Of a DNA stretch of 64,000 nt, positions 1 to 13,739 are shown one piece after another. Below the pieces are notes generated by a model. The model ran no database searches. It saw nothing but the letters and a program-made list of their open reading frames with translations, and had not been told where the DNA came from. Both the position numbers and the translations under genes were made by a program. The stretch is taken from contig OZ024741.1 in the NCBI GenBank assembly GCA_964016885.1, forward strand, positions 100,378,001 through 100,442,000, given 5' to 3'. The DNA is from Eledone cirrhosa (taxonomy: Eukaryota). How positions within the stretch are numbered: the first letter of the stretch is position 1; every line of letters starts with the position of its first letter.

Positions 1-49
1 GTGTTATGTTGTAGTGTTTTACATAGGTAGTGCTTTATGTCCTAGTGTG

Positions 50-1010
50 TTATGTTGTAGTGTTTTACATAGGTGGTGCTTTATGTCCTAATGTTTTATG
101 TTGTAGTGTTTTACATAGGTGGTGCTTTATGTCCTAGTGTATTATGTTGTAGTATTTTACATAGGTTGTGCTTTATGTCCTAGTGTGTTATGTTGTAGTA
201 TTTTACATAGGCGGTGCTTTATGTCCTAGTGTGTTATTTTGTAGTGTTTTACATGGGTGGTGCTTTATGTCCTAGTGTGTTATATTGTAGTGTTTTACAT
301 AGGTGATGCTTTATGTCCTAGTGTGTTATGTTGTAGTGTTTTACATAGGTGGTGCTCTATGTCCTAGTGTGTTATGTTGTAGTATTTTACATAGGTGGTG
401 CTTTATATCCTAGTGTGTTATGTTGTAGTATTTTACATAGGTGGTGCTTAATGTCCTAGTGTGTTATGTTGTAGTATTTTACATAGGTGGTGCTTAATGT
501 CCTAGTGTGTTATGTTGTAGTGTTTTACATAGGTGATGCTTTATGTCCTAGTGTGTTATGTTGTAGTGTTTTACATAGGTGGTGCTTTATGTCCTAGTGT
601 GTTATGTTGTAGTGTTTTACATAGGTGGTGCTTTATGTCCTAATGTTTTATGTTGTAGTGTTTTACATAGGTGGTGCTTTATGTCCTAGTGTATTATGTT
701 GTAGTATTTTACATAGGTTGTGCTTTATGTCCTAGTGTGTTATGTTGTAGTATTTTACATAGGGGGTGCTTTATGTCCTAGTGTGTTATTTTGTAGTGTT
801 TTACATGGGTGGTGCTTTATGTCCTAGTGTGTTATATTGTAGTGTTTTACATAGGTGATGCTTTATGTCCTAGTGTGTTATGTTGTAGTGTTTTACATAG
901 GTGGTGCTCTATGTCCTAGTGTGTTATGTTGTAGTATTTTACATAGGTGGTGCTTTATATCCTAGTGTGTTATGTTGTAGTATTTTACATAGGTGGTGCT
1001 TAATGTCCTA
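50..1010. repeat. Local tandem duplication with a 552-bp (12-monomer) period
   Basis: Variant CCTAATGTTTTATG occurs at 87 and 639. Each is followed by the same ordered variants (GTATTATG, AGGTTGTG, TATTTTG/CATGGG, TATATTG/GTGATG, GCTCTAT, TTATATCC, CTTAATG). Confidence 0.8.
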
Positions 1011-4000
1011 GTGTGTTATGTTGTAGTGTTTTACATAGGTGATGCTTTATGTCCTAGTGTGTTATGTTGTAGTGTTTTACATAGGTGGTGCTTTATGTTC
1101 TAGTGTGTTATGTTCTAGTATTTTACATAGGTGGTGCTTTATGTCTTAGTGTGTTATGTTGTAGTGTTTTACATAGGTGGTGTTTTATGTCCTAGTGTGT
1201 TATGTTGTAGTGTTTTACATAGGTAGTGTAATATGTCCTACTGTGTTATGTTGTAGTATTTTACATAGGTGGTGCTTTATGTCCTAGTGTGTTATGTTGT
1301 AGTGTTTTACATGGGTGGTGCTTTATGTCCTAGTGTGTTATATTGTAGTGTTTTACATAGGTGATGCTTTATGTCCTAGTGTGTTATGTTGTAGTGTTTT
1401 ACATAGGTGGTGCTCTATGTCCTAGTGTGTTATGTTGTAGTATTTTACATAGGTAGTGCTTTATGTCCTAGTGTGTTATGTTGTAGTATTTTACATAGGT
1501 GGTGCTTAATATCCTAGTGTGTTATGTTGTAGTGTTTTACATAGGTGATGCTTTATGTCCTAATGTGTTATGTTGTAGTGTTTTACATAGGTGGTGCTTT
1601 ATGTCCTAGTGTGTTATGCTGTAGTGTTTTACATACGTGGTGCTTTATGTCCTAGTGTGTTATGTTGTAGTGTTTTACATAGGTGGTGCTTTATGTCCTA
1701 GTGTGTTATGTTGTAGTATGTTACATAGGTGGTGCTTTATGTCCTAGTGTGTTATGTGGTAGTGTTTTACATAGGTGGTGCTTTATGTCCTAGTGTGTTA
1801 TGTTGTAGTGTTTTACATAGGTGGTGCTTTATGTCCTAGTGTGTTATGTTGTAGTATTTTACATAGGTGGTGCTTTATGTCCTATTGTGTTATGTTGTAG
1901 TATTTTACATAGGTTGTGCTTTATGTCCTAGTGTGTTATGTTGTAGTATTTTACATAGGGGTGCTTTATGTCCTAGTGTGTTATGTTGTAGTGTTTTACA
2001 TAGGTAGTGCTTTATGTCCTAGTGTGTTATGTTGTAGTGTTTTACATAGGTGGTGCTTTATGTCCTAGTGTGTTATGTTGTAGTGTTTTACATAGGTGCT
2101 GCTTTATGTCCTAGTGTGTTATGTTGTAGTGTTTTAAATAGGTGGTGTTTTATGTCCTAGTGTGTTATGTTGTAGTGTTTTACATAGGTGGTGCTTTATG
2201 TCCTAGTGTGTTATGTTGTAGTGTTTTACATAGGTGGTGCTTTATGTCCTAGTGTGTTATGTTGTAGTGTTTTACATAGGTGGTGCTTTATGTCCTAATG
2301 TGTTATGTTGTAGTGTTTTACATAGGTGGTGCTTTATGTCCTAGTGTGTTATGTTGTAGTAGTTTACATAGGTTGTGCTTTATGTCCTAGTGTGTTATGT
2401 TGTAATATTTTACATAGGGGGTGCTTTATGTCCTAGTGTGTTATTTTGTAGTGTTTTACATAGGTAGTGCTTTATGTCCTAGTGTGTTATGTTGTAGTGT
2501 TTTACATAGGTGGTGCTTTATGTCCTAGTGTGTTATGTTGTAGTGTTTTTCATAGGTGGTGCTTTATGTCCTAATGTGTTATGTTGTAGTGTTTTACATA
2601 GGTGGTGCTTTATGACCTAGTGTGTTATGTTGTAGTATTTTACATAGGTGGTGTTTTATGTCCTAGTGTGTTATGTTGTAGTGTTTTACATAGGTGGTGC
2701 TTTATGTCCTAGTGTGTTATGTTGTAGTGTTTTACATAGGTGGTGCTTTATGTCCTAATGTGTTATGTTGTATTGTTTTACATAGATGGTGCTTTATCTC
2801 CTAGTGTGTTATGTTGTAGTATTTTACATAGGTTGTGCTTTATGTCCTAGTGTGTTATGTTGTAGTATTTTACATAGGGGGTGCTTTATATCCTAGTGTG
2901 TTATTTTGTAGTGTTTTACATAGGTGGTGCTTTATGTCTTAGTGTGTTATGTTGTAGTGTTTTATATAGGTGGTGCTTTATGTCCTAGTGTGTTATGTTG
3001 TAGTGTTTTACATAGGTAGTGCTTTATGTCCTAGTGTGTTATGTTGTAGTATCTTACATAGGTGGTGCTTAATGTCCTAGTGTGTTATATTGTAGTATTT
3101 TACATAGGTTGTGCTATATCTCCTAGTGTGTTATGTTGTAGTGTTTTACATAGGTGGTGCTTTATGTCCTAGTGTGTTATGTTGTAGTGTTTTACATAGG
3201 TGGTGCTTTATGTCCTAGTGTGTTATGTTCTAGTATTTTACATAGGTGGTGCTGTATGCCCTAGTGTGTAATGTTCTAGTATTTTACATAGGTGGTGCTT
3301 TATGTCCTAGTGTGTTATGTTGTAGTATTTTACATAGGTGGTGCTTTATGTCCTAATGTGTTATGTTGTAGTGTTTAACATAGGTGGTGCTTTGTGTCCT
3401 AGTGTGTTATGTTGTAGTGTTTACATAGGTGGTGCTTTATGTCCTAGTGTGTTATGTTGTAGTATTTTACATAGGTGGTGCTTTATGTCCTAGTGTGTTA
3501 TGTTGTAGTATTTTACATAGGTGGTGCTTTATGTCCTAGTGTGTTATGTTGTAGTAATTTACATAGGTGGTGCTTTATGTCCTAGTGTATTATGTTGTAG
3601 TGTTTTACATGGGTGGTGCTTTATGTCCTAGTGTGTTATGTTGTAGTGTTTTACATAGGTGGTGCTTTATGTCCTAGTGTGTTATGTTGTAGTGTCTTAC
3701 ATAGGTGGTGCTTTATGTCCTAGTGTGTTATGTTGTAGTGTTTTACATAGGTGGTTCTTTATGTCCTAGTGTGTTATGTTGTAGTATTTTACATAGGTGG
3801 TGCTTTATGTCCTAGTGTGTTATGTTGTAGTGTTTTACATAGGTGGTGCTTTATGTCCTAGTGTGTTATGTTGTAGTGTTTTACATAGGTAGTGCTTTAT
3901 GTCCTAGTGTGTTATGTTGTAGTATCTTACATAGGTGGTGCTTAATGTCCTAGTGTGTTATGTTGTAGTGTTTTACATAGGTGGTGCCTTATGTCCTAGT

Positions 4001-7000
4001 GTGTTATGTTGTAGTGTTTTACATAGGTGGTGCTTTATGACCTAGTGTGTTATGTTGTAGTGTTTTAGATAGGTGGTGCTTTATGACCTAGTGTGTTATG
4101 TTGTAGTATTTTACATAGGTGGTGCTTTATGTCCTAGTGTGTTATGTTGTAGTATTTTACATAGGTTGTGCTTTATGTCCTAGTGTGTTATGTTGTAGTA
4201 TTTTACATAGGGGTGCTTTATGTCCTAGTGTGTTATGTTGTAGTGTTTTACATAGGTAGTGCTTTATGTCCTAGTGTGTTATGTTGTAGTGTTTTACATA
4301 GGTGGTGCTTTATGTCCTAGTGTGTTATGTTGTAGTGTTTTACATAGGTGCTGCTTTATGTCCTAGTGTGTTATGTTGTAGTGTTTTAAATAGGTGGTGT
4401 TTTATGTCCTAGTGTGTTATGTTGTAGTGTTTTACATAGGTGGTGCTTTATGTCCTAGTGTGTTATGTTGTAGTGTTTTACATAGGTAGTGCTTTATGTC
4501 CTAGTGTGTTATGTTGTAGTGTTTTACATAGGTGGTGCTTTATGTCCTAATGCGTTATGTTGTAGTGTTTTACATAGGTGGTGCTTTATGTCCTAGTGTG
4601 TTTTGTTGTAGTAGTTTACATAGGTTGTGCTTTATGTCCTAGTATGTTATGTTGTAATATTTTACATAGGGGGTGCTTTATGTCCTAGTGTGTTATTTTG
4701 TAGTGTTTTACATAGGTAGTGCTTTATGTCCTAGTGTGTTATGTTGTAGTGTTTTACATAGGTGGTGCTTTATGTCCTAGTGTGTTATGTTGTAGTGTTT
4801 TTCATAGGTGGTGCTTTATGTCCTAATGTGTTATGTTGTAGTGTTTTACATAGGTGGTGCTTTATGACATAGTGTGTTATGTTGTAGTATTTTACATAGG
4901 TGGTGTTTTATGTCCTAGTGTGTTATGTTGTAGTGTTTTACATAGGTGGTGCTTTATGTCCTAGTGTGTTATGTTGTAGTGTTTTACATAGGTGGTGCTT
5001 TATGTCCTAATGTGTTATGTTGTAGTGTTTTACATAGATGGTGCTTTATCTCCTAGTGTGTTATGTTGTAGTATTTTACATAGGTTGTGGTTTATGTCCT
5101 AGTGTGTTATGTTGTAGTATTTTACATAGGTGGTGCTTTATGTCTTAGTGTGTTATGTTGTAGTGTTTTATATAGGTGGTGCTTTATGTCCTAGTGTGTT
5201 ATGTTGTAGTGTTTTACATAGGTAGTGCTTTATGTCCTAGTGTGTTATGTTGTAGTATCTTACATAGGTGGTGCTTAATGTCCTAGTGTGTTATATTGTA
5301 GTATTTTACATAGGTTGTGCTATATCTCCTAGTGTGTTATGTTGTAGTGTTTTACATAGGTGGTGCTTTATGTCCTAGTGTGTTATGTTGTAGTGTTTTA
5401 CATAGGTGGTGCTTTATGTCCTAGTGTGTTATGTTCTAGTATTTTACATAGGTGGTGCTGTATGCCCTAGTGTGTTATGTTCTAGTATTTTACATAGGTG
5501 GTGCTTTATGTCCTAGTGTGTTATGTTGTAGTATTTTACATAGGTGGTGCTTTATGTCCTAATGTGTTATGTTGTAGTGTTTAACATAGGTGGTGCTTTG
5601 TGTCCTAGTGTGTTATGTTGTAGTGTTTACATAGGTGGTGCTTTATGTCCTAGTGTGTTATGTTGTAGTATTTTACATAGGTGGTGCTTTATGTCCTAGT
5701 GTGTTATATTGTAGTGTTTACATAGGTGGTGCTTTATGACCTAGTGTGTTATGTTGTAGTATTTTACATAGGTGGTGCTTTATGTCCTAGTGTGTTATGT
5801 TGTAGTATTTTACATAGGTGGTGCTTTATGTCCTAGTGTGTTATGTTGTAGTAATTTACATAGGTGGTGCTTTATGTCCTAGTGTGTTATGTTGTAGTGT
5901 TTTACATGGGTGGTGCTTTATGTCCTAGTGTGTTATATTGTGGTGTTTGACATAGGTGGTGCTTTATGTCCTAGTGTGTTATGTTGTAGTGTTTTACATA
6001 GGTGGTGCTTTATGTCCTAGTGTGTTATGTTGTAGTGTTTTACATAGGTGGTGCTTTATGTCCTAGTGTGTTATGTTGTAGTGTTTTACATAGGTGGTGC
6101 TTTATGTCCTAGTGTGTTATGTTGTAGTGTTTTACATAGGTAGTGCTTTATGTCCTAGTGTGTTATGTTGTAGTATCTTACATAGGTGGTGCTTAATGTC
6201 CTAGTGTGTTATGTTGTAGTGTTTTACATAGGTGGTGCTTTATGTCCTAGTGTGTTATGTTGTAGTGTTTTACATAGGTGGTGCTTTATGTCCTAGTGTG
6301 TTATGTTGTAGTGTTTTACATAGGTGGTGCTTTATGACCTAGTGTGTTATGTTGTAGTATTTTACATAGGTGGTGTTTTATGTCCTAGTGTGTTATGTTG
6401 TAGTGTTTTACATAGGTGGTGCTTTATGTCCTAGTGTGTTATGTTGTAGTGTTTTACATAGGTGGTTCTTTATGTCCTAGTGTGTTATGTTGTAGTATTT
6501 TACATAGGTGGTGCATTATGTCCTAGTGTGTTATGTTGTAGTGTTTTACATAGGTGGTGCTTTATGTCCTAGTGTGTTATGTTGTAGTGTTTTACATAGG
6601 TGGTGCTTTATGTCCTAGTGTGTTATGTTGTAGTGTTTTACATAGGTGGTGCTTTATGTCCTAATGTTTTATGTTGTAGTGTTTTACATAGGTGGTGCTT
6701 TATGTCCTAGTGTATTATGTTGTAGTATTTTACATAGGTTGTGCTTTATGTCCTAGTGTGTTATGTTGTAGTATTTTACATAGGGGGTGCTTTATGTCCT
6801 AGTGTGTTATTTTGTAGTGTTTTACATGGGTGGTGCTTTATGTCCTAGTGTGTTATATTGTAGTGTTTTACATAGGTGATGCTTTATGTCCTAGTGTGTT
6901 ATGTTGTAGTGTTTTACATAGGTGGTGCTCTATGTCCTAGTGTGTTATGTTGTAGTGTTTTACATGGGTGGTGCTTTATGTCCTAGTGTGTTATATTGTG

Positions 7001-10000
7001 GTGTTTGACATGGGTGGTGCTTTATGTCCTAGTGTGTTATGTTGTAGTATTTTACATAGGTGGTGCTTTATGTCCTAATGTGTTATGTTGTAGTGTTTTA
7101 CATAGGTGGTGCTTTATGTCCTAATGTTTTATGTTGTAGTGTTTTACATAGGTGGTGCTTTATGTCCTAGTGTATTATGTTGTAGTATTTTACATAGGTG
7201 GTGCTTTATGTCCTAGTGTGTTATATTGTAGTGTTTACATAGGTGGTGCTTTATGACCTAGTGTGTTATGTTGTAGTATTTTACATAGGTGGTGCTTTAT
7301 GTCCTAGTGTGTTATGTTGTAGTATTTTACATAGGTGGTGCTTTATGTCCTAGTGTGTTATGTTGTAGTAATTTACATAGGTGGTGCTTTATGTCCTAGT
7401 GTGTTATGTTGTAGTGTTTTACATGGGTGGTGCTTTATGTCCTAGTGTGTTATATTGTGGTGTTTGACATAGGTGGTGCTTTATGTCCTAGTGTGTTATG
7501 TTGTAGTGTTTTACATAGGTGGTGCTTTATGTCCTAGTGTGTTATGTTGTAGTGTTTTACATAGGTGGTGCTTTATGTCCTAGTGTGTTATGTTGTAGTG
7601 TTTTACATAGGTGGTGCTTTATGTCCTAGTGTGTTATGTTGTAGTATTTTACATAGGTGGTGCTTTATGTCTTAGTGTGTTATGTTGTAGTGTTTTATAT
7701 AGGTGGTGCTTTATGTCCTAGTGTGTTATGTTGTAGTGTTTTACATAGGTAGTGCTTTATGTCCTAGTGTGTTATGTTGTAGTATCTTACATAGGTGGTG
7801 CTTAATGTCCTAGTGTGTTATATTGTAGTATTTTACATAGGTTGTGCTATATCTCCTAGTGTGTTATGTTGTAGTGTTTTACATAGGTGGTGCTTTATGT
7901 CCTAGTGTGTTATGTTGTAGTGTTTTACATAGGTGGTGCTTTATGTCCTAGTGTGTTATGTTCTAGTATTTTACATAGGTGGTGCTGTATGCCCTAGTGT
8001 GTTATGTTCTAGTATTTTACATAGGTGGTGCTTTATGTCCTAGTGTGTTATGTTGTAGTATTTTACATAGGTGGTGCTTTATGTCCTAATGTGTTATGTT
8101 GTAGTGTTTAACATAGGTGGTGCTTTGTGTCCTAGTGTGTTATGTTGTAGTGTTTACATAGGTGGTGCTTTATGTCCTAGTGTGTTATGTTGTAGTATTT
8201 TACATAGGTGGTGCTTTATGTCCTAGTGTGTTATATTGTAGTGTTTACATAGGTGGTGCTTTATGACCTAGTGTGTTATGTTGTAGTATTTTACATAGGT
8301 GGTGCTTTATGTCCTAGTGTGTTATGTTGTAGTATTTTACATAGGTGGTGCTTTATGTCCTAGTGTGTTATGTTGTAGTAATTTACATAGGTGGTGCTTT
8401 ATGTCCTAGTGTGTTATGTTGTAGTGTTTTACATGGGTGGTGCTTTATGTCCTAGTGTGTTATATTGTGGTGTTTGACATAGGTGGTGCTTTATGTCCTA
8501 GTGTGTTATGTTGTAGTGTTTTACATAGGTGGTGCTTTATGTCCTAGTGTGTTATGTTGTAGTGTTTTACATAGGTGGTGCTTTATGTCCTAGTGTGTTA
8601 TGTTGTAGTGTTTTACATAGGTGGTGCTTTATGTCCTAGTGTGTTATGTTGTAGTGTTTTACATAGGTAGTGCTTTATGTCCTAGTGTGTTATGTTGTAG
8701 TATCTTACATAGGTGGTGCTTAATGTCCTAGTGTGTTATGTTGTAGTGTTTTACATAGGTGGTGCTTTATGTCCTAGTGTGTTATGTTGTAGTGTTTTAC
8801 ATAGGTGGTGCTTTATGTCCTAGTGTGTTATGTTGTAGTATTTTACATAGGTGGTGTTTTATGTCCTAGTGTGTTATATTGTAGTGTTTTACATAGGTGA
8901 TGCTTTATGTCCTAGTGTGTTATGTTGTAGTGTTTTACATAGGTGGTGCTCTATGTCCTAGTGTGTTATGTTGTAGTGTTTTACATGGGTGGTGCTTTAT
9001 GTCCTAGTGTGTTATATTGTGGTGTTTGACATAGGTGGTGCTTTATGTCCTAGTGTGTTATGTTGTAGTATTTTACATAGGTGGTGCTTTATGTCCTAAT
9101 GTGTTATGTTGTAGTGTTTTACATAGGTGGTGCTTTATGTCCTAATGTTTTATGTTGTAGTGTTTTACATAGGTGGTGCTTTATGTCCTAGTGTATTATG
9201 TTGTAGTATTTTACATAGGTGGTGCTTTATGTCCTAGTGTGTTATATTGTAGTGTTTACATAGGTGGTGCTTTATGACCTAGTGTGTTATGTTGTAGTAT
9301 TTTACATAGGTGGTGCTTTATGTCCTAGTGTGTTATGTTGTAGTATTTTACATAGGTGGTGCTTTATGTCCTAGTGTGTTATGTTGTAGTAATTTACATA
9401 GGTGGTGCTTTATGTCCTAGTGTGTTATGTTGTAGTGTTTTACATGGGTGGTGCTTTATGTCCTAGTGTGTTATATTGTGGTGTTTGACATAGGTGGTGC
9501 TTTATGTCCTAGTGTGTTATGTTGTAGTGTTTTACATAGGTGGTGCTTTATCTCCTAGTGTGTTATGTTGTAGTGTTTTACATAGGTGGTGCTTTATGTC
9601 CTAGTGTGTTATGTTGTAGTGTTTTACATAGGTGGTGCTTTATGTCCTAGTGTGTTATGTTGTAGTATTTTACATAGGTGGTGCTTTATGTCTTAGTGTG
9701 TTATGTTGTAGTGTTTTATATAGGTGGTGCTTTATGTCCTAGTGTGTTATGTTGTAGTGTTTTACATAGGTAGTGCTTTATGTCCTAGTGTGTTATGTTG
9801 TAGTATCTTACATAGGTGGTGCTTAATGTCCTAGTGTGTTATATTGTAGTATTTTACATAGGTTGTGCTATATCTCCTAGTGTGTTATGTTGTAGTGTTT
9901 TACATAGGTGGTGCTTTATGTCCTAGTGTGTTATGTTGTAGTGTTTTACATAGGTGGTGCTTTATGTCCTAGTGTGTTATGTTCTAGTATTTTACATAGG

Positions 10001-13000
10001 TGGTGCTGTATGCCCTAGTGTGTTATGTTCTAGTATTTTACATAGGTGGTGCTTTATGTCCTAGTGTGTTATGTTGTAGTATTTTACATAGGTGGTGCTT
10101 TATGTCCTAATGTGTTATGTTGTAGTGTTTAACATAGGTGGTGCTTTGTGTCCTAGTGTGTTATGTTGTAGTGTTTACATAGGTGGTGCTTTATGTCCTA
10201 GTGTGTTATGTTGTAGTATTTTACATAGGTGGTGCTTTATGTCCTAGTGTGTTATATTGTAGTGTTTACATAGGTGGTGCTTTATGACCTAGTGTGTTAT
10301 GTTGTAGTATTTTACATAGGTGGTGCTTTATGTCCTAGTGTGTTATGTTGTAGTATTTTACATAGGTGGTGCTTTATGTCCTAGTGTGTTATGTTGTAGT
10401 AATTTACATAGGTGGTGCTTTATGTCCTAGTGTGTTATGTTGTAGTGTTTTACATGGGTGGTGCTTTATGTCCTAGTGTGTTATATTGTGGTGTTTGACA
10501 TAGGTGGTGCTTTATGTCCTAGTGTGTTATGTTGTAGTGTTTTACATAGGTGGTGCTTTATGTCCTAGTGTGTTATGTTGTAGTGTTTTACATAGGTGGT
10601 GCTTTATGTCCTAGTGTGTTATGTTGTAGTGTTTTACATAGGTGGTGCTTTATGTCCTAGTGTGTTATGTTGTAGTGTTTTACATAGGTAGTGCTTTATG
10701 TCCTAGTGTGTTATGTTGTAGTATCTTACATAGGTGGTGCTTAATGTCCTAGTGTGTTATGTTGTAGTGTTTTACATAGGTGGTGCTTTATGTCCTAGTG
10801 TGTTATGTTGTAGTGTTTTACATAGGTGGTGCTTTATGTCCTAGTGTGTTATGTTGTAGTGTTTTACATAGGTGGTGCTTTATGACCTAGTGTGTTATGT
10901 TGTAGTATTTTACATAGGTGGTGTTTTATGTCCTAGTGTGTTATGTTGTAGTGTTTTACATAGGTGGTGCTTTATGTCCTAGTGTGTTATGTTGTAGTGT
11001 TTTACATAGGTGGTTCTTTATGTCCTAGTGTGTTATGTTGTAGTATTTTACATAGGTGGTGCATTATGTCCTAGTGTGTTATGTTGTAGTGTTTTACATA
11101 GGTGGTGCTTTATGTCCTAGTGTGTTATGTTGTAGTGTTTTACATAGGTGGTGCTTTATGTCCTAGTGTGTTATGTTGTAGTGTTTTACATAGGTGGTGC
11201 TTTATGTCCTAATGTTTTATGTTGTAGTGTTTTACATAGGTGGTGCTTTATGTCCTAGTGTATTATGTTGTAGTATTTTACATAGGTTGTGCTTTATGTC
11301 CTAGTGTGTTATGTTGTAGTATTTTACATAGGGGGTGCTTTATGTCCTAGTGTGTTATTTTGTAGTGTTTTACATGGGTGGTGCTTTATGTCCTAGTGTG
11401 TTATATTGTAGTGTTTTACATAGGTGATGCTTTATGTCCTAGTGTGTTATGTTGTAGTGTTTTACATAGGTGGTGCTCTATGTCCTAGTGTGTTATGTTG
11501 TAGTGTTTTACATGGGTGGTGCTTTATGTCCTAGTGTGTTATATTGTGGTGTTTGACATAGGTGGTGCTTTATGTCCTAGTGTGTTATGTTGTAGTATTT
11601 TACATAGGTGGTGCTTTATGTCCTAATGTGTTATGTTGTAGTGTTTTACATAGGTGGTGCTTTATGTCCTAATGTTTTATGTTGTAGTGTTTTACATAGG
11701 TGGTGCTTTATGTCCTAGTGTATTATGTTGTAGTATTTTACATAGGTGGTGCTTTATGTCCTAGTGTGTTATATTGTAGTGTTTACATAGGTGGTGCTTT
11801 ATGACCTAGTGTGTTATGTTGTAGTATTTTACATAGGTGGTGCTTTATGTCCTAGTGTGTTATGTTGTAGTATTTTACATAGGTGGTGCTTTATGTCCTA
11901 GTGTGTTATGTTGTAGTAATTTACATAGGTGGTGCTTTATGTCCTAGTGTGTTATGTTGTAGTGTTTTACATGGGTGGTGCTTTATGTCCTAGTGTGTTA
12001 TATTGTGGTGTTTGACATAGGTGGTGCTTTATCTCCTAGTGTGTTATGTTGTAGTGTTTTACATAGGTGGTGCTTTATGTCCTAGTGTGTTATGTTGTAG
12101 TGTTTTACATAGGTGGTGCTTTATGTCCTAGTGTGTTATGTTGTAGTGTTTTACATAGGTGGTGCTTTATGTCCTAGTGTGTTATGTTGTAGTGTTTTAC
12201 ATAGGTAGTGCTTTATGTCCTAGTGTGTTATGTTGTAGTATCTTACATAGGTGGTGCTTAATGTCCTAGTGTGTTATGTTGTAGTGTTTTACATAGGTGG
12301 TGCTTTATGTCCTAGTGTGTTATGTTGTAGTGTTTTACATAGGTGGTGCTTTATGTCCTAGTGTGTTATGTTGTAGTGTTTTACATAGGTGGTGCTTTAT
12401 GACCTAGTGTGTTATGTTGTAGTATTTTACATAGGTGGTGTTTTATGTCCTAGTGTGTTATGTTGTAGTGTTTTACATAGGTGGTGCTTTATGTCCTAGT
12501 GTGTTATGTTGTAGTGTTTTACATAGGTGGTTCTTTATGTCCTAGTGTGTTATGTTGTAGTATTTTACATAGGTGGTGCATTATGTCCTAGTGTGTTATG
12601 TTGTAGTGTTTTACATAGGTGGTGCTTTATGTCCTAGTGTGTTATGTTGTAGTGTTTTACATAGGTGGTGCTTTATGTCCTAGTGTGTTATGTTGTAGTG
12701 TTTTACATAGGTTGTGCTTTATGTCCTAATGTTTTATGTTGTAGTGTTTTACATAGGTGGTGCTTTATGTCCTAGTGTATTATGTTGTAGTATTTTACAT
12801 AGGTTGTGCTTTATGTCCTAGTGTGTTATGTTGTAGTATTTTACATAGGGGGTGCTTTATGTCCTAGTGTGTTATTTTGTAGTGTTTTACATGGGTGGTG
12901 CTTTATGTCCTAGTGTGTTATATTGTAGTGTTTTACATAGGTGATGCTTTATGTCCTAGTGTGTTATGTTGTAGTGTTTTACATAGGTGGTGCTCTATGT

Positions 13001-13739
13001 CCTAGTGTGTTATGTTGTAGTATTTTACATAGGTGGTGCTTTATATCCTAGTGTGTTATGTTGTAGTATTTTACATAGCTGGTGCTTAATGTCCTAGTGT
13101 GTTATGTTGTAGTGTTTTACATAGGTGATGCTTTATGTCCTAGTGTGTTATGTTGTAGTGTTTTACATAGGTGGTGCTTTATGTCCTAGTGTGTTATGTT
13201 CTAGTATTTTACATAGGTGGTGCTTTATGTCTTAGTGTGTTATGTTGTAGTGTTTTACATAGGTGGTGCTTTATGTCCTAGTGTGTTATGTTGTAGTGTT
13301 TTACATAGGTAGTGTAATATGTCCTACTGTGTTATGTTGTAGTATTTTACATAGGTGGTGCTTTATGTCCTAGTGTGTTATGTTGTAGTGTTTTACATGG
13401 GTGGTGCTTTATGTCCTAGTGTGTTATATTGTAGTGTTTTACATAGGTGATGCTTTATGTCCTAGTGTGTTATGTTGTAGTGTTTTACATAGGTGGTGCT
13501 CTATGTCCTAGTGTGTTATGTTGTAGTATCTTACATAGGTGGTGCTTAATGTCCTAGTGTGTTATATTGTAGTATTTTACATAGGTTGTGCTATATCTCC
13601 TAGTGTGTTATGTTGTAGTGTTTTACATAGGTGGTGCTTTATGTCCTAGTGTGTTATGTTGTAGTGTTTTACATAGGTGGTGCTTTATGTCCTAGTGTGT
13701 TATGTTCTAGTATTTTACATAGGTGGTGCTGTATGCCCT

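Noticed and set aside
5-44. Structured ncRNA or hairpin from the short inverted motifs TATGT/ACATA, TGTA/TACA and TAGG/CCTA
   Set aside because: The stems are only 4-5 Watson-Crick pairs and mutually competing, and I noticed no compensatory changes among variants.
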